Assembly: GCA_037440365.1 (NCBI GenBank)
Contig: JBBIUF010000019.1
Coordinates: 1 to 32,000, forward strand
Source of the DNA: Chloroflexota bacterium
GTDB lineage: Bacteria > Chloroflexota > Anaerolineae > UBA4142
DNA: 32,000 nt
Direction of reading: 5' to 3'
The notes beneath the pieces are model-generated. The model ran no database searches. It was not told the DNA's origin and saw nothing but the letters and a program-made list of their open reading frames with translations. A program made the position numbers and the translations under genes. This document shows positions 8,320-17,553 of the stretch, in pieces (position 1 is the stretch's first letter; every line of letters begins with the position of its first letter).

Positions 8320-9569
8320 GTGGCGCGCAAACATTTTGGGCGGACGTAGATGACCAAGGTCGGCTTGCGTTACCCGCCGAACTCGTCGCGCAATACGGCT
8401 TGACGCCGGGCGCGCGTCTGCGAATTGATAGCGAAACGAATAGCGTGCGCCTGCATCGCCCAGTGACCCAGCTCGTCAAACTCTACATCGAACCGACCAG
8501 TCGGTGTAATCTCACCTGCCGCACCTGTATGCGCAACACATGGGATGAGCCGCTCGGTTCGATGACCATGCCAACGTTTGATCGCATTGTGCAGGGGCTA
8601 GCCCAGTTGACGACCCCGCCGACGATCATGTTTGCCGGGATTGGCGAGCCAACCGCGCATCGTCGGTTGGTCGAGATGATTCAACGCGTCAAAGCGCTGG
8701 GGTCTAGTGTCGAGCTGACCACGAATGGCACGTTGTTGACCGAGGAACGTTCGCGGCAATTGATCGCCGCGGGGTTGGATGTGTTGTGGGTTTCGCTTGA
8801 CGGGGCAACGCCGGAGAGTTACGCCGATGTGCGTTTGGGCGCGCAGTTACCTCACGTGATTGAAAATCTTTCGCGCTTGCGCAAATTGCGCCGCGGGGCG
8901 CACCATCCCAAACCGGAAATCGGGATTGCGTTTGTCGCCATGAAACGGAACATTAACGATCTCCCGCGCGTGTTGGCGCTGGGTCGCTCGGTCGGCGCAA
9001 AACTTTTTTCGGTCAGCAACGTTCTGCCGTATACCGCCGAGATGCGCGATGAATTGCTCTATGCACGCACGTTGATGGACATTACCTATTTTTCATCGTC
9101 TTGGTTACCGCGTCTCAGTTTGCCCAAGATGGATATTAACGAAACAACGCGCGATGCGTTTTTTAGCGCATTGAACAGCGGCGCCAGTGTCACCTTTGCC
9201 GGCAATAAATTGAGCGGCGCGAATGATGTCTGCGGATTTATCGAAGGCGGCGCGATGGCGATTGGGTGGAATGGCAATGTGAGTCCTTGCCCACCGCTGT
9301 TGCATAATCATGTGGTTTATTTGCGCGAACGCCAGCGCGCGCTCCGCCGTCATATCATTGGCAATTTGAACGAGCGCGACCTGGTGGATTTGTGGGCGGA
9401 TCCCGCTTACGTGGCTTATCGCGAGCGCGTGCAAGGGTTCGGTTTCGCGCCTTGCACATTTTGCGGCGGCTGTGACATGCTGGATTCCAACACCGAGGAC
9501 TGTCTCAGCAATCAATTCCCGGTTTGTGGCGGATGTTTGTGGGCGCAAGGCGTGATCCAGTGTCCATAA
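8316..9569 (+). CDS. AbrB-like N-terminal domain + radical SAM + SPASM-like C-terminus; resembles tungsten-cofactor oxidoreductase radical SAM maturases
   Basis: N-term ADVDDQGRLALPAELVAQYGLTPGARLRID (AbrB/SpoVT-like); EPTSRCNLTCRTCMRNTW (CX3CX2C); FAGIGEPTAH; C-term CTFCGGCDMLDSNTEDCLSNQFPVCGGCLWAQGVIQCP. Confidence 0.85.
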   Translation: MSGAQTFWADVDDQGRLALPAELVAQYGLTPGARLRIDSETNSVRLHRPVTQLVKLYIEPTSRCNLTCRTCMRNTWDEPLGSMTMPTFDRIVQGLAQLTTPPTIMFAGIGEPTAHRRLVEMIQRVKALGSSVELTTNGTLLTEERSRQLIAAGLDVLWVSLDGATPESYADVRLGAQLPHVIENLSRLRKLRRGAHHPKPEIGIAFVAMKRNINDLPRVLALGRSVGAKLFSVSNVLPYTAEMRDELLYARTLMDITYFSSSWLPRLSLPKMDINETTRDAFFSALNSGASVTFAGNKLSGANDVCGFIEGGAMAIGWNGNVSPCPPLLHNHVVYLRERQRALRRHIIGNLNERDLVDLWADPAYVAYRERVQGFGFAPCTFCGGCDMLDSNTEDCLSNQFPVCGGCLWAQGVIQCP

Positions 9570-9617
9570 CATCTGCATCGAACCGGTGTGGCATAATCAA
9601 CTCAAGGAGAATGGAAT

Positions 9618-10712
9618 ATGCACCAAGCAACTGCAGTGACGCAATCGCAAAGCAATGTATTTGAACAGCTCTCCTGGCTTGATCGTTTTTTGCCGCTCTG
9701 GATTTTTGCGGCTATGGCACTCGGCATCCTGCTCGGCGCGGTCGCGCCCGGCATCAAGGCTGTGTTCAACGCGCTTTCGATTGGAACCGTATCGCTCCCG
9801 ATTGCAATCGGTTTATTGTGGATGATGTATCCCGTCCTGGCTAAAGTCAAGTATGAAGAACTAGGCAAGATCGCTCAAGCGTGGGAGCAATTCGGCGTCT
9901 CGTTAATCCTGAACTGGATCATTGGTCCGATCATCATGTTTGCGCTCGCGTGGATTTTTCTGCCTGACCTGCCGCACTTTCGCACTGGCTTGATCATCAC
10001 CGGTTTGGCGCGGTGTATTGCGATGGTCCTGATCTGGAACATGCTCGCCGGCGGCGACAGCGAATACTGCGCGGTGCTGGTCGCGCTGAATAGCATTTTC
10101 CAAATCGTGATGTACTCACCGCTGGCATATTTCTTCCTGGTCATTGTGCCGGGATGGTTTGGCGTGCCAGGCACCGTCGTCAACATTGAGATGGGCGACA
10201 TTGCCAAAAGCGTCTTGATCTTTTTAGGGATTCCACTCGCGGCAGGTATTTTCACACGCTTTTATTTTCTGCGCACCCGCGGCACGGTATGGTATGAAAC
10301 GCGCCTGATGCCGCGCCTGGGTCCAACCGCCATGGTCGGTTTATTATTTACAATTGTCGTCATGTTCTCAATGCAAGGCGACAAGATTCTCGCCGCGCCG
10401 CTCGACGTAGTGCGCGTGGCGATCCCGCTATTAGCATATTTCGTCATCATGTTCTTTACATCATTCGCGTTATCACTCTGGCGCAAATTCCCGTACGAAC
10501 TCGCGGCAACGCAATCGTTCACGGCGGCAAGCAACAATTTTGAATTGGCGATTGCGGTCGCGGTCGGCACCTTTACGATCGCGTCGCAAGAAGCGCTCGC
10601 GGCGGTGATTGGTCCGCTGATCGAAGTGCCGGTACTGATCGGCTTGGTCTATGTGGCGCTGTGGCTTAAACGAACCTGGTTCGCCAGCGCGCCAACACAA
10701 TCGGCAAGCTAA
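9618..10712 (+). CDS. acr3: ACR3-family arsenite efflux permease
   Basis: LDRFLPLWIFAAMALGILLGAVAPGIKAVFNALSIGTVSLPIAIGLLWMMYPVLAKVKYEEL; WIFLPDLPHFRTGLIITGLARCIAMVLIWNMLAGGDSEYCAVLVALNSIFQI; FTAASNNFELAIAVAVGTF. Confidence 0.97.
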   Translation: MHQATAVTQSQSNVFEQLSWLDRFLPLWIFAAMALGILLGAVAPGIKAVFNALSIGTVSLPIAIGLLWMMYPVLAKVKYEELGKIAQAWEQFGVSLILNWIIGPIIMFALAWIFLPDLPHFRTGLIITGLARCIAMVLIWNMLAGGDSEYCAVLVALNSIFQIVMYSPLAYFFLVIVPGWFGVPGTVVNIEMGDIAKSVLIFLGIPLAAGIFTRFYFLRTRGTVWYETRLMPRLGPTAMVGLLFTIVVMFSMQGDKILAAPLDVVRVAIPLLAYFVIMFFTSFALSLWRKFPYELAATQSFTAASNNFELAIAVAVGTFTIASQEALAAVIGPLIEVPVLIGLVYVALWLKRTWFASAPTQSAS

Positions 10713-10752
10713 ACCCAGCGATAGAAATAAATTTTGATTAAGGAAAATCCCA

Positions 10753-11502
10753 ATGACAAACCTGATCGCGCCCGATCAAATTCGGCAAGCGGTTCAAACG
10801 CATTACGCCGACCTGGCACGCAATGCAACCCCGTGTTGCGAACCCAGCGCGTGTGATTGCCATTCCAACTATCCCGATCCGCTGGCGAATGCCGTGCCGG
10901 CAGACATTGCCAATTTTTCGCTCGGTTGCGGCGATCCGATCACGCTTGCCGCGCTCCAGCCCGGCGAGACCGTGATCGATCTCGGATCAGGCGGCGGCTT
11001 GGATTGCTTTCTTGCCGCGCAACGGGTTGGCGCAACCGGGCACGTCATCGGCGTGGATATGACGCCGGAAATGTTAGCCAAAGCGCGTGGGAATGCGGAA
11101 CGAATGGGGATCGCGAATGTCGAATTTCGTAACGGATACATTGAACATTTGCCTGTGGCTGACGGCGAAGCAGATGTCGTAATCTCAAATTGCGTGATCA
11201 ATCTGTCGCCCGACAAGTCCCAAGTCTTTCGCGATATTTATCGCGCTCTGCGATCCGGCGGACGCCTCTCGGTGTCGGATATTGTCACGCATGGCGACTT
11301 GCCGGAACTCGTGCAAAAAAGTATGGAAGCCTGGGGCGCATGTGTCGCAGGCGCGTTAGATGTCAAGGACTATATCGGCGGCTTGCGAACCGCCGGGTTT
11401 GTGGATATTCACGTCGAGCCCAAAGGCAAGTTTGATGCAGGATTATCCAATTTGCCAATTCACGCGCCGTTCTCGGCAAGCATCACCGCGCGCAAACCCT
11501 GA
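10753..11502 (+). CDS. arsM: Arsenite S-adenosylmethionine methyltransferase
   Basis: VIDLGSGGGLDCFLAAQRVGATGHVIGVDMTPEMLAKAR; VISNCVINLSPDK; EAWGACVAGAL; N-terminal CC/CDC cysteines; arsenic operon context. Confidence 0.95.
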   Translation: MTNLIAPDQIRQAVQTHYADLARNATPCCEPSACDCHSNYPDPLANAVPADIANFSLGCGDPITLAALQPGETVIDLGSGGGLDCFLAAQRVGATGHVIGVDMTPEMLAKARGNAERMGIANVEFRNGYIEHLPVADGEADVVISNCVINLSPDKSQVFRDIYRALRSGGRLSVSDIVTHGDLPELVQKSMEAWGACVAGALDVKDYIGGLRTAGFVDIHVEPKGKFDAGLSNLPIHAPFSASITARKP

Positions 11503-11677
11503 TCATCCCTGCCGAACAAATCTCCGCGTAGCAAGTCGCGCGGTTCGGCAACGCTCAAACAAAAAACAAAATCCAGCGGTCAAAAACGCAAAGACAACAC
11601 GCGTGTTATCGTCCTGAGTGATGCTAATGGGATCAGTACTATTTGTCACTCGTTCGATTCGCCGTTATAATCGCGGC

Positions 11678-12439
11678 ATGAATCCTACCGAGACCAATCC
11701 GCTACTGATTGCGCCAATGCCGCGTGGCACAATCGCCCCCTGGGGCTGGCGCGACATGCTCGCCGCAATTGCGGTTGCGGCATTCGGCGTGCTTGGGCTC
11801 AATCTCATTGTCGTCGGGGTCATGCGCCTCACCGGAATCAAACTCACCGACAATGGCAGTGTGTTGGCAATCTTTGCGATTGTCCAAGACCTCATCGTCG
11901 TCGGCACGGCGTGGCTCTTTAGCATCGCGCGGCATCGCGTGGGCTGGAGCGCACTGGGCGTGCGGCGCTATCCAGTCGCACTCGGTTGCGCGCTTAGCGT
12001 GGCGTTACTCATTGCCGCCTACTTGGTGCGAATTGTTTACGTCGCCGTTGCGCTGGCACTCGGCGTCAAGTTGCAAACACAAGACGTGTTGAATCGGCTG
12101 GATACGAACGGCGCGGCGTTTCTGCTCACCTTTCTTGCCGTAGCCATTGTGGCACCCATCGCCGAAGAAATTTTCTTTCGTGGATTTTTATACGGCGGTT
12201 TGCGTGGGCGTATAGGGGTCATCGGCGCGGTGATCGTGAGCGCCTTGTTTTTCACCATCTTGCATTTCACACTCGATCAATTCATTCCGATTTTTGTCCT
12301 CGGCGTTTTTCTCGCCGGATTATACGAAACGACCGGTTCACTCTGGCCGGGCATTTTTCTCCACGCCGCAAACAATGGCATCTCGCTAATCTTGCTAGCA
12401 GTTCTCCGCGCGGCCGGTTTCCCGCTTCAAGCCCCCTGA
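11678..12439 (+). CDS. CPBP-family intramembrane metalloprotease
   Basis: Multi-TM protein with PIAEEIFFRGFLYGGLRG, FTILHFTLDQFIPIFVLGVFLAGLYETTGSLWPGIFLHAANNG. Confidence 0.9.
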   Translation: MNPTETNPLLIAPMPRGTIAPWGWRDMLAAIAVAAFGVLGLNLIVVGVMRLTGIKLTDNGSVLAIFAIVQDLIVVGTAWLFSIARHRVGWSALGVRRYPVALGCALSVALLIAAYLVRIVYVAVALALGVKLQTQDVLNRLDTNGAAFLLTFLAVAIVAPIAEEIFFRGFLYGGLRGRIGVIGAVIVSALFFTILHFTLDQFIPIFVLGVFLAGLYETTGSLWPGIFLHAANNGISLILLAVLRAAGFPLQAP

Positions 12440-12576
12440 TGAAAACGCGCCGGCTCCCCGATACCCGCCGCCAGTCAGTTGACCACACAACGCGCTGGGC
12501 CAACTTGAACGCCAAGCGGCTTGTCGTTTTTCACATTGCCAAAAGTGTTTAATTCTGGTAAAATGTCCGCGCACTA

Positions 12577-12663
12577 GGGGACGTGTCGAAATTGGCAGCC
12601 GAGCATGGCTTAGGACCATGTGGGCGTAAGCTCGTGAGAGTTCGAGTCTCTCCGTCCCCACCA
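12577..12663 (+). tRNA. tRNA-Leu (anticodon UAG), CCA encoded
   Basis: Acceptor GGGGACG/CGTCCCC, anticodon arm CATGG-CTTAGGA-CCATG, class II variable arm, T arm GAGAG-TTCGAGT-CTCTC, ends ACCA. Confidence 0.97.
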
Positions 12664-12692
12664 GATCACAAATTGGAGATAAGGAAACCGAC

Positions 12693-14150
12693 GTGAAAGT
12701 AACCACAGAACGCACTCCCGATTGTAATGCCGTCATCACCGTTGAGGTGGATGAAGACCAAATCGCACGCGCCATGCGCACGGTCGCACAAAAAGTTTCG
12801 CGCGCGCGCCCAATTCCTGGCTTTCGCCCGGGCAAAGCGCCGTACGAGCGCGTCGAACGCGCGGTCGGCAAAAACGTGTTGCGCGACGAAGCCATCGAAG
12901 ACCTTGCCAAATCGTTGTACCAACAAGTTTTGGTAGACGAGAAAATTGACCTTTACGATGCAGGCTCGCTCGACATTCCGCAAAAAGAGCCGCTGATCTT
13001 GAAATTTACGGTACCTACGCGCCCCGTCGTGACGCTCGGCGATTACCGCGCCGTGCACGCGCAACCCAAGCCGGTAGACGTGACCGACGACGAAGTGACC
13101 CAGGTCATTGCCCGCTTTCAAAACGAGCAAGCGGAACTTGTGCCCGTCACCCGCCCAATCCAACTCGACGACTTGGTGACTGCAGACCTGAACGGTGGGC
13201 CAGAAGGCGAAGAGGCCACCGAGCGCACCGGCTTGCAACTCCGCATCAAAGCAGAGATCGGCGCTTTTCCATGGATCGAACAACTCGTCGGCGCAAACGC
13301 CAACGAGCCCAAGACGATCACGTACACATATCCCGCCGATGATCCGGCGACCAATTTCGCCGGCAAGACCGTCAATTACACCGTCACGATTACTGACGTT
13401 AAAGAATCGAAATTGCCGGAACTCAACGATGAATTTGCAAAATCGATCAGCGCGCTCGAAACGATGGACGCGCTCAAATCCACCGTGCGCGCCAATTTGC
13501 TGGCGCAGAAACAAACGGAAGAAAACAACCGGTTTGCCGATGAAATAGTGGACACGGTTGTGGATCAAGCGCAGATCGCGTTCCCCACATTAATGGTAGA
13601 CGATGAAGTCAATCACGAATTGGCACGCTCGAAAGACATTGCCCAACAACTGAGTTTGACCTGGGACAAGTATTTGGAATTGTCCGGCAAGACCGAAGCC
13701 GAATTTCGTGAGACCGTTCGCCCGCGCGCCGAGCGCCGGATCAAACGCTTACTGACCTTGATGGAATTGGCAGAAGCGGAAAAAATTACGGTGAGCGCGA
13801 AAGATGTGGACGTAGAAATTGATTATCGCGCTATGCAAGCCGCGCAAAATGGCGAACGCGCCGATCAAACTCGCCGCGCGTTATCCACCAAAGAATCACG
13901 GCGCGACATCGAGTTCAGTGTGCGCATGGGCAAAGCCATCGACCATGTCGTCGCGATGGCAAAAGGCGAACCGACCAGCGGCTTGATCGTCACGCCAGAA
14001 TCGCTCCGCGCTGAAGAGCAAGCCCGCGCCCAAGCCGCCAACGCCGCCGCGCCCGCACCCATCAGCTTGATCACCGATCCCGCGCAAGTCACCGGTGAAA
14101 ATTTACCCAGCAGTCTCGGTCGCGTACTAGTGCCGGGGCAAGATCAATAA
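12693..14150 (+). CDS. tig: Trigger factor (ribosome-associated chaperone)
   Basis: VDEDQIARAMRTVAQKVSRARPIPGFRPGKAPYERVERAVGKNVLRDEAIEDL; upstream of clpP/clpX. Confidence 0.94.
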   Translation: MKVTTERTPDCNAVITVEVDEDQIARAMRTVAQKVSRARPIPGFRPGKAPYERVERAVGKNVLRDEAIEDLAKSLYQQVLVDEKIDLYDAGSLDIPQKEPLILKFTVPTRPVVTLGDYRAVHAQPKPVDVTDDEVTQVIARFQNEQAELVPVTRPIQLDDLVTADLNGGPEGEEATERTGLQLRIKAEIGAFPWIEQLVGANANEPKTITYTYPADDPATNFAGKTVNYTVTITDVKESKLPELNDEFAKSISALETMDALKSTVRANLLAQKQTEENNRFADEIVDTVVDQAQIAFPTLMVDDEVNHELARSKDIAQQLSLTWDKYLELSGKTEAEFRETVRPRAERRIKRLLTLMELAEAEKITVSAKDVDVEIDYRAMQAAQNGERADQTRRALSTKESRRDIEFSVRMGKAIDHVVAMAKGEPTSGLIVTPESLRAEEQARAQAANAAAPAPISLITDPAQVTGENLPSSLGRVLVPGQDQ

Positions 14151-14224
14151 GCGCGTCAAAAATAAATCGGGCCGTGTGAGCAAAAGCCAGACAAACACGC
14201 GGCACTGAAATCAAAGGAGTCACC

Positions 14225-14851
14225 ATGGATAACCCAATTCGTTCGCCGTATAACGTCATCCCGATGGTGGTTGAAAACACGGGACGGGGCGAGCGCGTGT
14301 TCGATATTTTCTCGTTGTTGTTGAAAGAGCGCATCATCTTTCTTGGCACACCGATTGACGCTCACGTGGCCAACCTCGTCGTCGCGCAAATGTTGTTCCT
14401 GGATCGCGAAGACCCGGAAAAAGAAATTCGCATCTATATCAACTGCCCAGGCGGCTCGATCACCGCGGGCTTGGCAATGTATGACACGATGCAAATCGTG
14501 AGCGCGCCCGTCTCGACGATCTGCGTTGGCTTGGCGGCAAGCATGGGTACGGTTCTGCTCTCCGCCGGACAAAAGGGCCGGCGCTACGCCTTACCCAATT
14601 CGACGATTCACATTCACCAACCCTGGGGCGGCGCGCAAGGTCAAGCCGTTGACATTGAGATCGAAGCGCGGCGCATCATGCGCGAACGCGAACGCCTGAA
14701 TGAAATGTTATCGAAAAATACAGGCCAGCCGCTCGAACGCATCGTGCATGACACGGACCGGAACTATTACATGGATGCGTCCGAAGCCGTCGAATATGGT
14801 CTCATTGACGAAGTGTTGACCAGCCCCAAAGCCAAAGCCGCAAACGCATAG
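14225..14851 (+). CDS. clpP: ATP-dependent Clp protease proteolytic subunit
   Basis: [55 protein letters not shown]; catalytic [14 protein letters not shown]; [11 protein letters not shown]. Confidence 0.98.
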   Translation: MDNPIRSPYNVIPMVVENTGRGERVFDIFSLLLKERIIFLGTPIDAHVANLVVAQMLFLDREDPEKEIRIYINCPGGSITAGLAMYDTMQIVSAPVSTICVGLAASMGTVLLSAGQKGRRYALPNSTIHIHQPWGGAQGQAVDIEIEARRIMRERERLNEMLSKNTGQPLERIVHDTDRNYYMDASEAVEYGLIDEVLTSPKAKAANA

Positions 14852-14862
14852 TCGAACGCTCA

Positions 14863-14896
14863 AGACCTGACCGGTTTTGCAAAACCGGTCAGGTCT
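14863..14896. repeat. Perfect 34-bp palindrome in the clpP-clpX gap
   Basis: AGACCTGACCGGTTTTG|CAAAACCGGTCAGGTCT, reverse-complement identical, no spacer. Confidence 0.9.
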
Positions 14897-14915
14897 CGCC
14901 GTTAGGAGAACCACA

Positions 14916-16199
14916 ATGCCGAACCTCCTCAAACGAGGTGAAGAGTATTGTTCATTTTGTAGCCGCAGTTCGGATCAGGTCAATCGCTTGATCGCCGGGC
15001 CGGAATCCGTGTTTATCTGCGATGATTGCGTGGAACTCTGCCGCGAAATCTTGGAAGCCGAAACGACCATCGTCAAAGGCGAAACGATCTCCATTTCCAG
15101 TTTACCCCCGAAAGAAATTTACAAACGGCTGAATCAGTATGTGGTCGGTCAAGACCGCGCGAAAAAAGTCCTCTCGGTCGCCGTCTATAACCATTATAAA
15201 CGGATTCAATCGGGTGCCTCGCCCGATGACATTGAGCTGGGCAAATCAAACATTTTGTTGATCGGTCCGACGGGATGCGGCAAGACCCTGCTCGCGCAAA
15301 CGCTCGCCCGCATTCTCGATGTGCCATTTGCGATTGCCGATGCAACCACCTTGACTGAAGCCGGTTACGTGGGCGAAGACGTGGAAAACATTTTGCTATC
15401 GCTGATCAAAAACGCCGAGGGCGATCTGACACGCGCGCAACGCGGCATCATTTACATTGACGAGATTGACAAGATCGCGCGCAAAGGCGGCGACAGCCCC
15501 TCCATCACGCGCGACGTATCCGGCGAGGGCGTGCAACAAGCCTTGCTGAAAATTTTGGAAGGCACGCTCGCCAATGTGCCGCCCCAAGCCGGACGCAAAC
15601 AGCCCAACCAGGAATACATTCGGCTCGACACGAAAAACATCTTGTTTATTTGCGGCGGCGCGTTTGAAGGACTCGATAAAATTATTTTAGAGCGCACCTC
15701 GGATCGCCGCGCAGTTGGCTTTAAGGGTGATCACGCGCGCGCCGCGCAGGAATTATCGCCAACCGAACTACTCCGCTTGGTCACAGCGGACGACTTGCTT
15801 TCGTTCGGCTTGATCCCGGAGTTTGTCGGGCGTATCCCGGTGATTGCCAGCGTCGATCCGTTGGACGCCGAAATGCTCGTGCAGATTTTGACCGAGCCAA
15901 AGAATTCCATCGTCAAGCAATACCAACGGCTCTTTGCGCTTGATCACGTGGAACTCGAATTCCAGCCCGAGGCGTTGCGCGCCGCCGCTGAAGAAGCTCT
16001 GCGGTATCGTACGGGCGCGCGCGGACTACGCACCATCATCGAAGGCATCCTGCTCGACGTGATGTACGAAATTCCGGGACGCCAAGACATTCACAAGTGC
16101 GTCATCACAGCCGACACCATTCACAATAAAACGCGCCCGCTCCTGCTCACCCAAACCGAACTCCCGGTCGAGTGGCTCGAAGCGCGCAAGACTGGGTAA
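14916..16199 (+). CDS. clpX: ATP-dependent Clp protease ATP-binding subunit
   Basis: N-terminal Zn finger [32 protein letters not shown]; Walker [16 protein letters not shown]; [10 protein letters not shown]; preceded by AGGAG. Confidence 0.98.
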   Translation: MPNLLKRGEEYCSFCSRSSDQVNRLIAGPESVFICDDCVELCREILEAETTIVKGETISISSLPPKEIYKRLNQYVVGQDRAKKVLSVAVYNHYKRIQSGASPDDIELGKSNILLIGPTGCGKTLLAQTLARILDVPFAIADATTLTEAGYVGEDVENILLSLIKNAEGDLTRAQRGIIYIDEIDKIARKGGDSPSITRDVSGEGVQQALLKILEGTLANVPPQAGRKQPNQEYIRLDTKNILFICGGAFEGLDKIILERTSDRRAVGFKGDHARAAQELSPTELLRLVTADDLLSFGLIPEFVGRIPVIASVDPLDAEMLVQILTEPKNSIVKQYQRLFALDHVELEFQPEALRAAAEEALRYRTGARGLRTIIEGILLDVMYEIPGRQDIHKCVITADTIHNKTRPLLLTQTELPVEWLEARKTG

Positions 16200-16229
16200 T
16201 AATTTTCCATCCCTGCTATTGGAGAACTC

Positions 16230-17522
16230 ATGGACGTACTCCGCAACTTGCCACCCGAACCACGCTCAGTCGAAGAAACCGGCGTCAATCTCTCATTTCT
16301 CGCCGACCTTACGCTCAAGACAATGTACACGCGCGGCTTTTTGAAAGGTCACGAAATCGCCGATGCGCTTAGACTGCCCTTTGCGAATGTCGTGGATAGT
16401 GTGCTAGATTATTTGCGCCGCGAACATCTCACCGAAGTCAAAGGGTCGAGCGGCTTTGGCGAATCGTCGTACCAATATGTTATTTCCGAGAGCGGACGCG
16501 CGCGCGCGCGCGAGTTGATGGATCAAAATCAGTACGTTGGACCTGCGCCGGTCAAACTCGACGCGTACAACAAACAAGCACTCGCGCAATCCATGACCGG
16601 ACAAATGCTCAAATTAGACGAACTCAAACGCGCGCTGGCGCACCTGGTTTTGAGCGACACGTTCATCAACCAACTGGGTCCCGCGATCAATTCCGGCAAA
16701 TCCATTTTTCTCTTTGGCAACGCGGGGAACGGCAAGACCGCCATCGCCGAAGCCATCGGCAATCTGCTCCCCGGCGCAATTTTCATTCCGTATGCGGTCA
16801 GCGTTGATGGACACATCATTCGCGTGTTTGATGCCCTCCATCACCAACCCATTCCCGAAAAAACAGAGGATGACGATACCGCGCCGGGTTTACGCCAAGG
16901 CGAGCGGTATGATCGCCGCTGGGTGCTGATTCATCGCCCGATGATCGCCGTCGGGGGTGAATTGGTGTTGGAGAATCTCGACCTGGTTTTTGACGCGACC
17001 ATGAAATACTATGAAGCCCCGTTCCAAATGAAAGCGAACGGCGGTGTATTTCTGGTAGATGACTTTGGCCGCCAACAAGTCCGTCCGCGCGAATTGTTGA
17101 ATCGCTGGATTGTGCCGCTCGAAAAGCGCGTGGATTATCTCACGCTCGCCACGGGTCACAAAATTGACGTGCCCTTTGACGCGCTGATCGTCTTTTCGAC
17201 CAATCTCAACCCAGATGAATTAGTGGACGAAGCATTCCTGCGCCGCATCCGCTATAAAATCCACGTTGCCGATCCAACCTGGGAAGAGTACCGCGAAATT
17301 TTTATGCGCGTCGCCGCAAAAAACGGCATCCCGTATTCGGACGACGGTTTGAAATATATAGTGATGGAGCATTACATCAAACCCAAACGCAAACCGCGCG
17401 CGGTCCATCCGCGCGACATGCTCGATGAACTCGCCGACATTGCGCGCTTTCGCGGCATCCCACCCACCCTCACGAAAGAACTGATCGATCTCGCGTGCCA
17501 AGCGTATTTTCTCAAAAACTAA
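16230..17522 (+). CDS. AAA+ ATPase of unknown function
   Basis: Walker A LFGNAGNGKTAIAEAIG, Walker B-like GGVFLVDDFGRQQ, sensor VFSTNLNPDELVDEAFLRRIRYKI; N-terminal winged-helix-like region. Confidence 0.85.
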   Translation: MDVLRNLPPEPRSVEETGVNLSFLADLTLKTMYTRGFLKGHEIADALRLPFANVVDSVLDYLRREHLTEVKGSSGFGESSYQYVISESGRARARELMDQNQYVGPAPVKLDAYNKQALAQSMTGQMLKLDELKRALAHLVLSDTFINQLGPAINSGKSIFLFGNAGNGKTAIAEAIGNLLPGAIFIPYAVSVDGHIIRVFDALHHQPIPEKTEDDDTAPGLRQGERYDRRWVLIHRPMIAVGGELVLENLDLVFDATMKYYEAPFQMKANGGVFLVDDFGRQQVRPRELLNRWIVPLEKRVDYLTLATGHKIDVPFDALIVFSTNLNPDELVDEAFLRRIRYKIHVADPTWEEYREIFMRVAAKNGIPYSDDGLKYIVMEHYIKPKRKPRAVHPRDMLDELADIARFRGIPPTLTKELIDLACQAYFLKN

Positions 17523-17553
17523 ACCGGCCCAGACCCCACTCACCGAGGAGGCA

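Noticed and set aside
11595-11606. 12-bp palindrome AACACGCGTGTT upstream of the CPBP protease gene
   Set aside because: Short and common by chance in GC-rich DNA; no promoter elements or repeat copies recognised nearby.
12666-13568. 300-aa minus-strand ORF
   Set aside because: Antisense to trigger factor; no motif, overlaps the strongly supported gene.
15282-15302. Possible second mobile or defence AAA system around clpX
   Set aside because: The Walker motif here belongs to canonical ClpX with its N-terminal zinc finger; no need for an alternative explanation.
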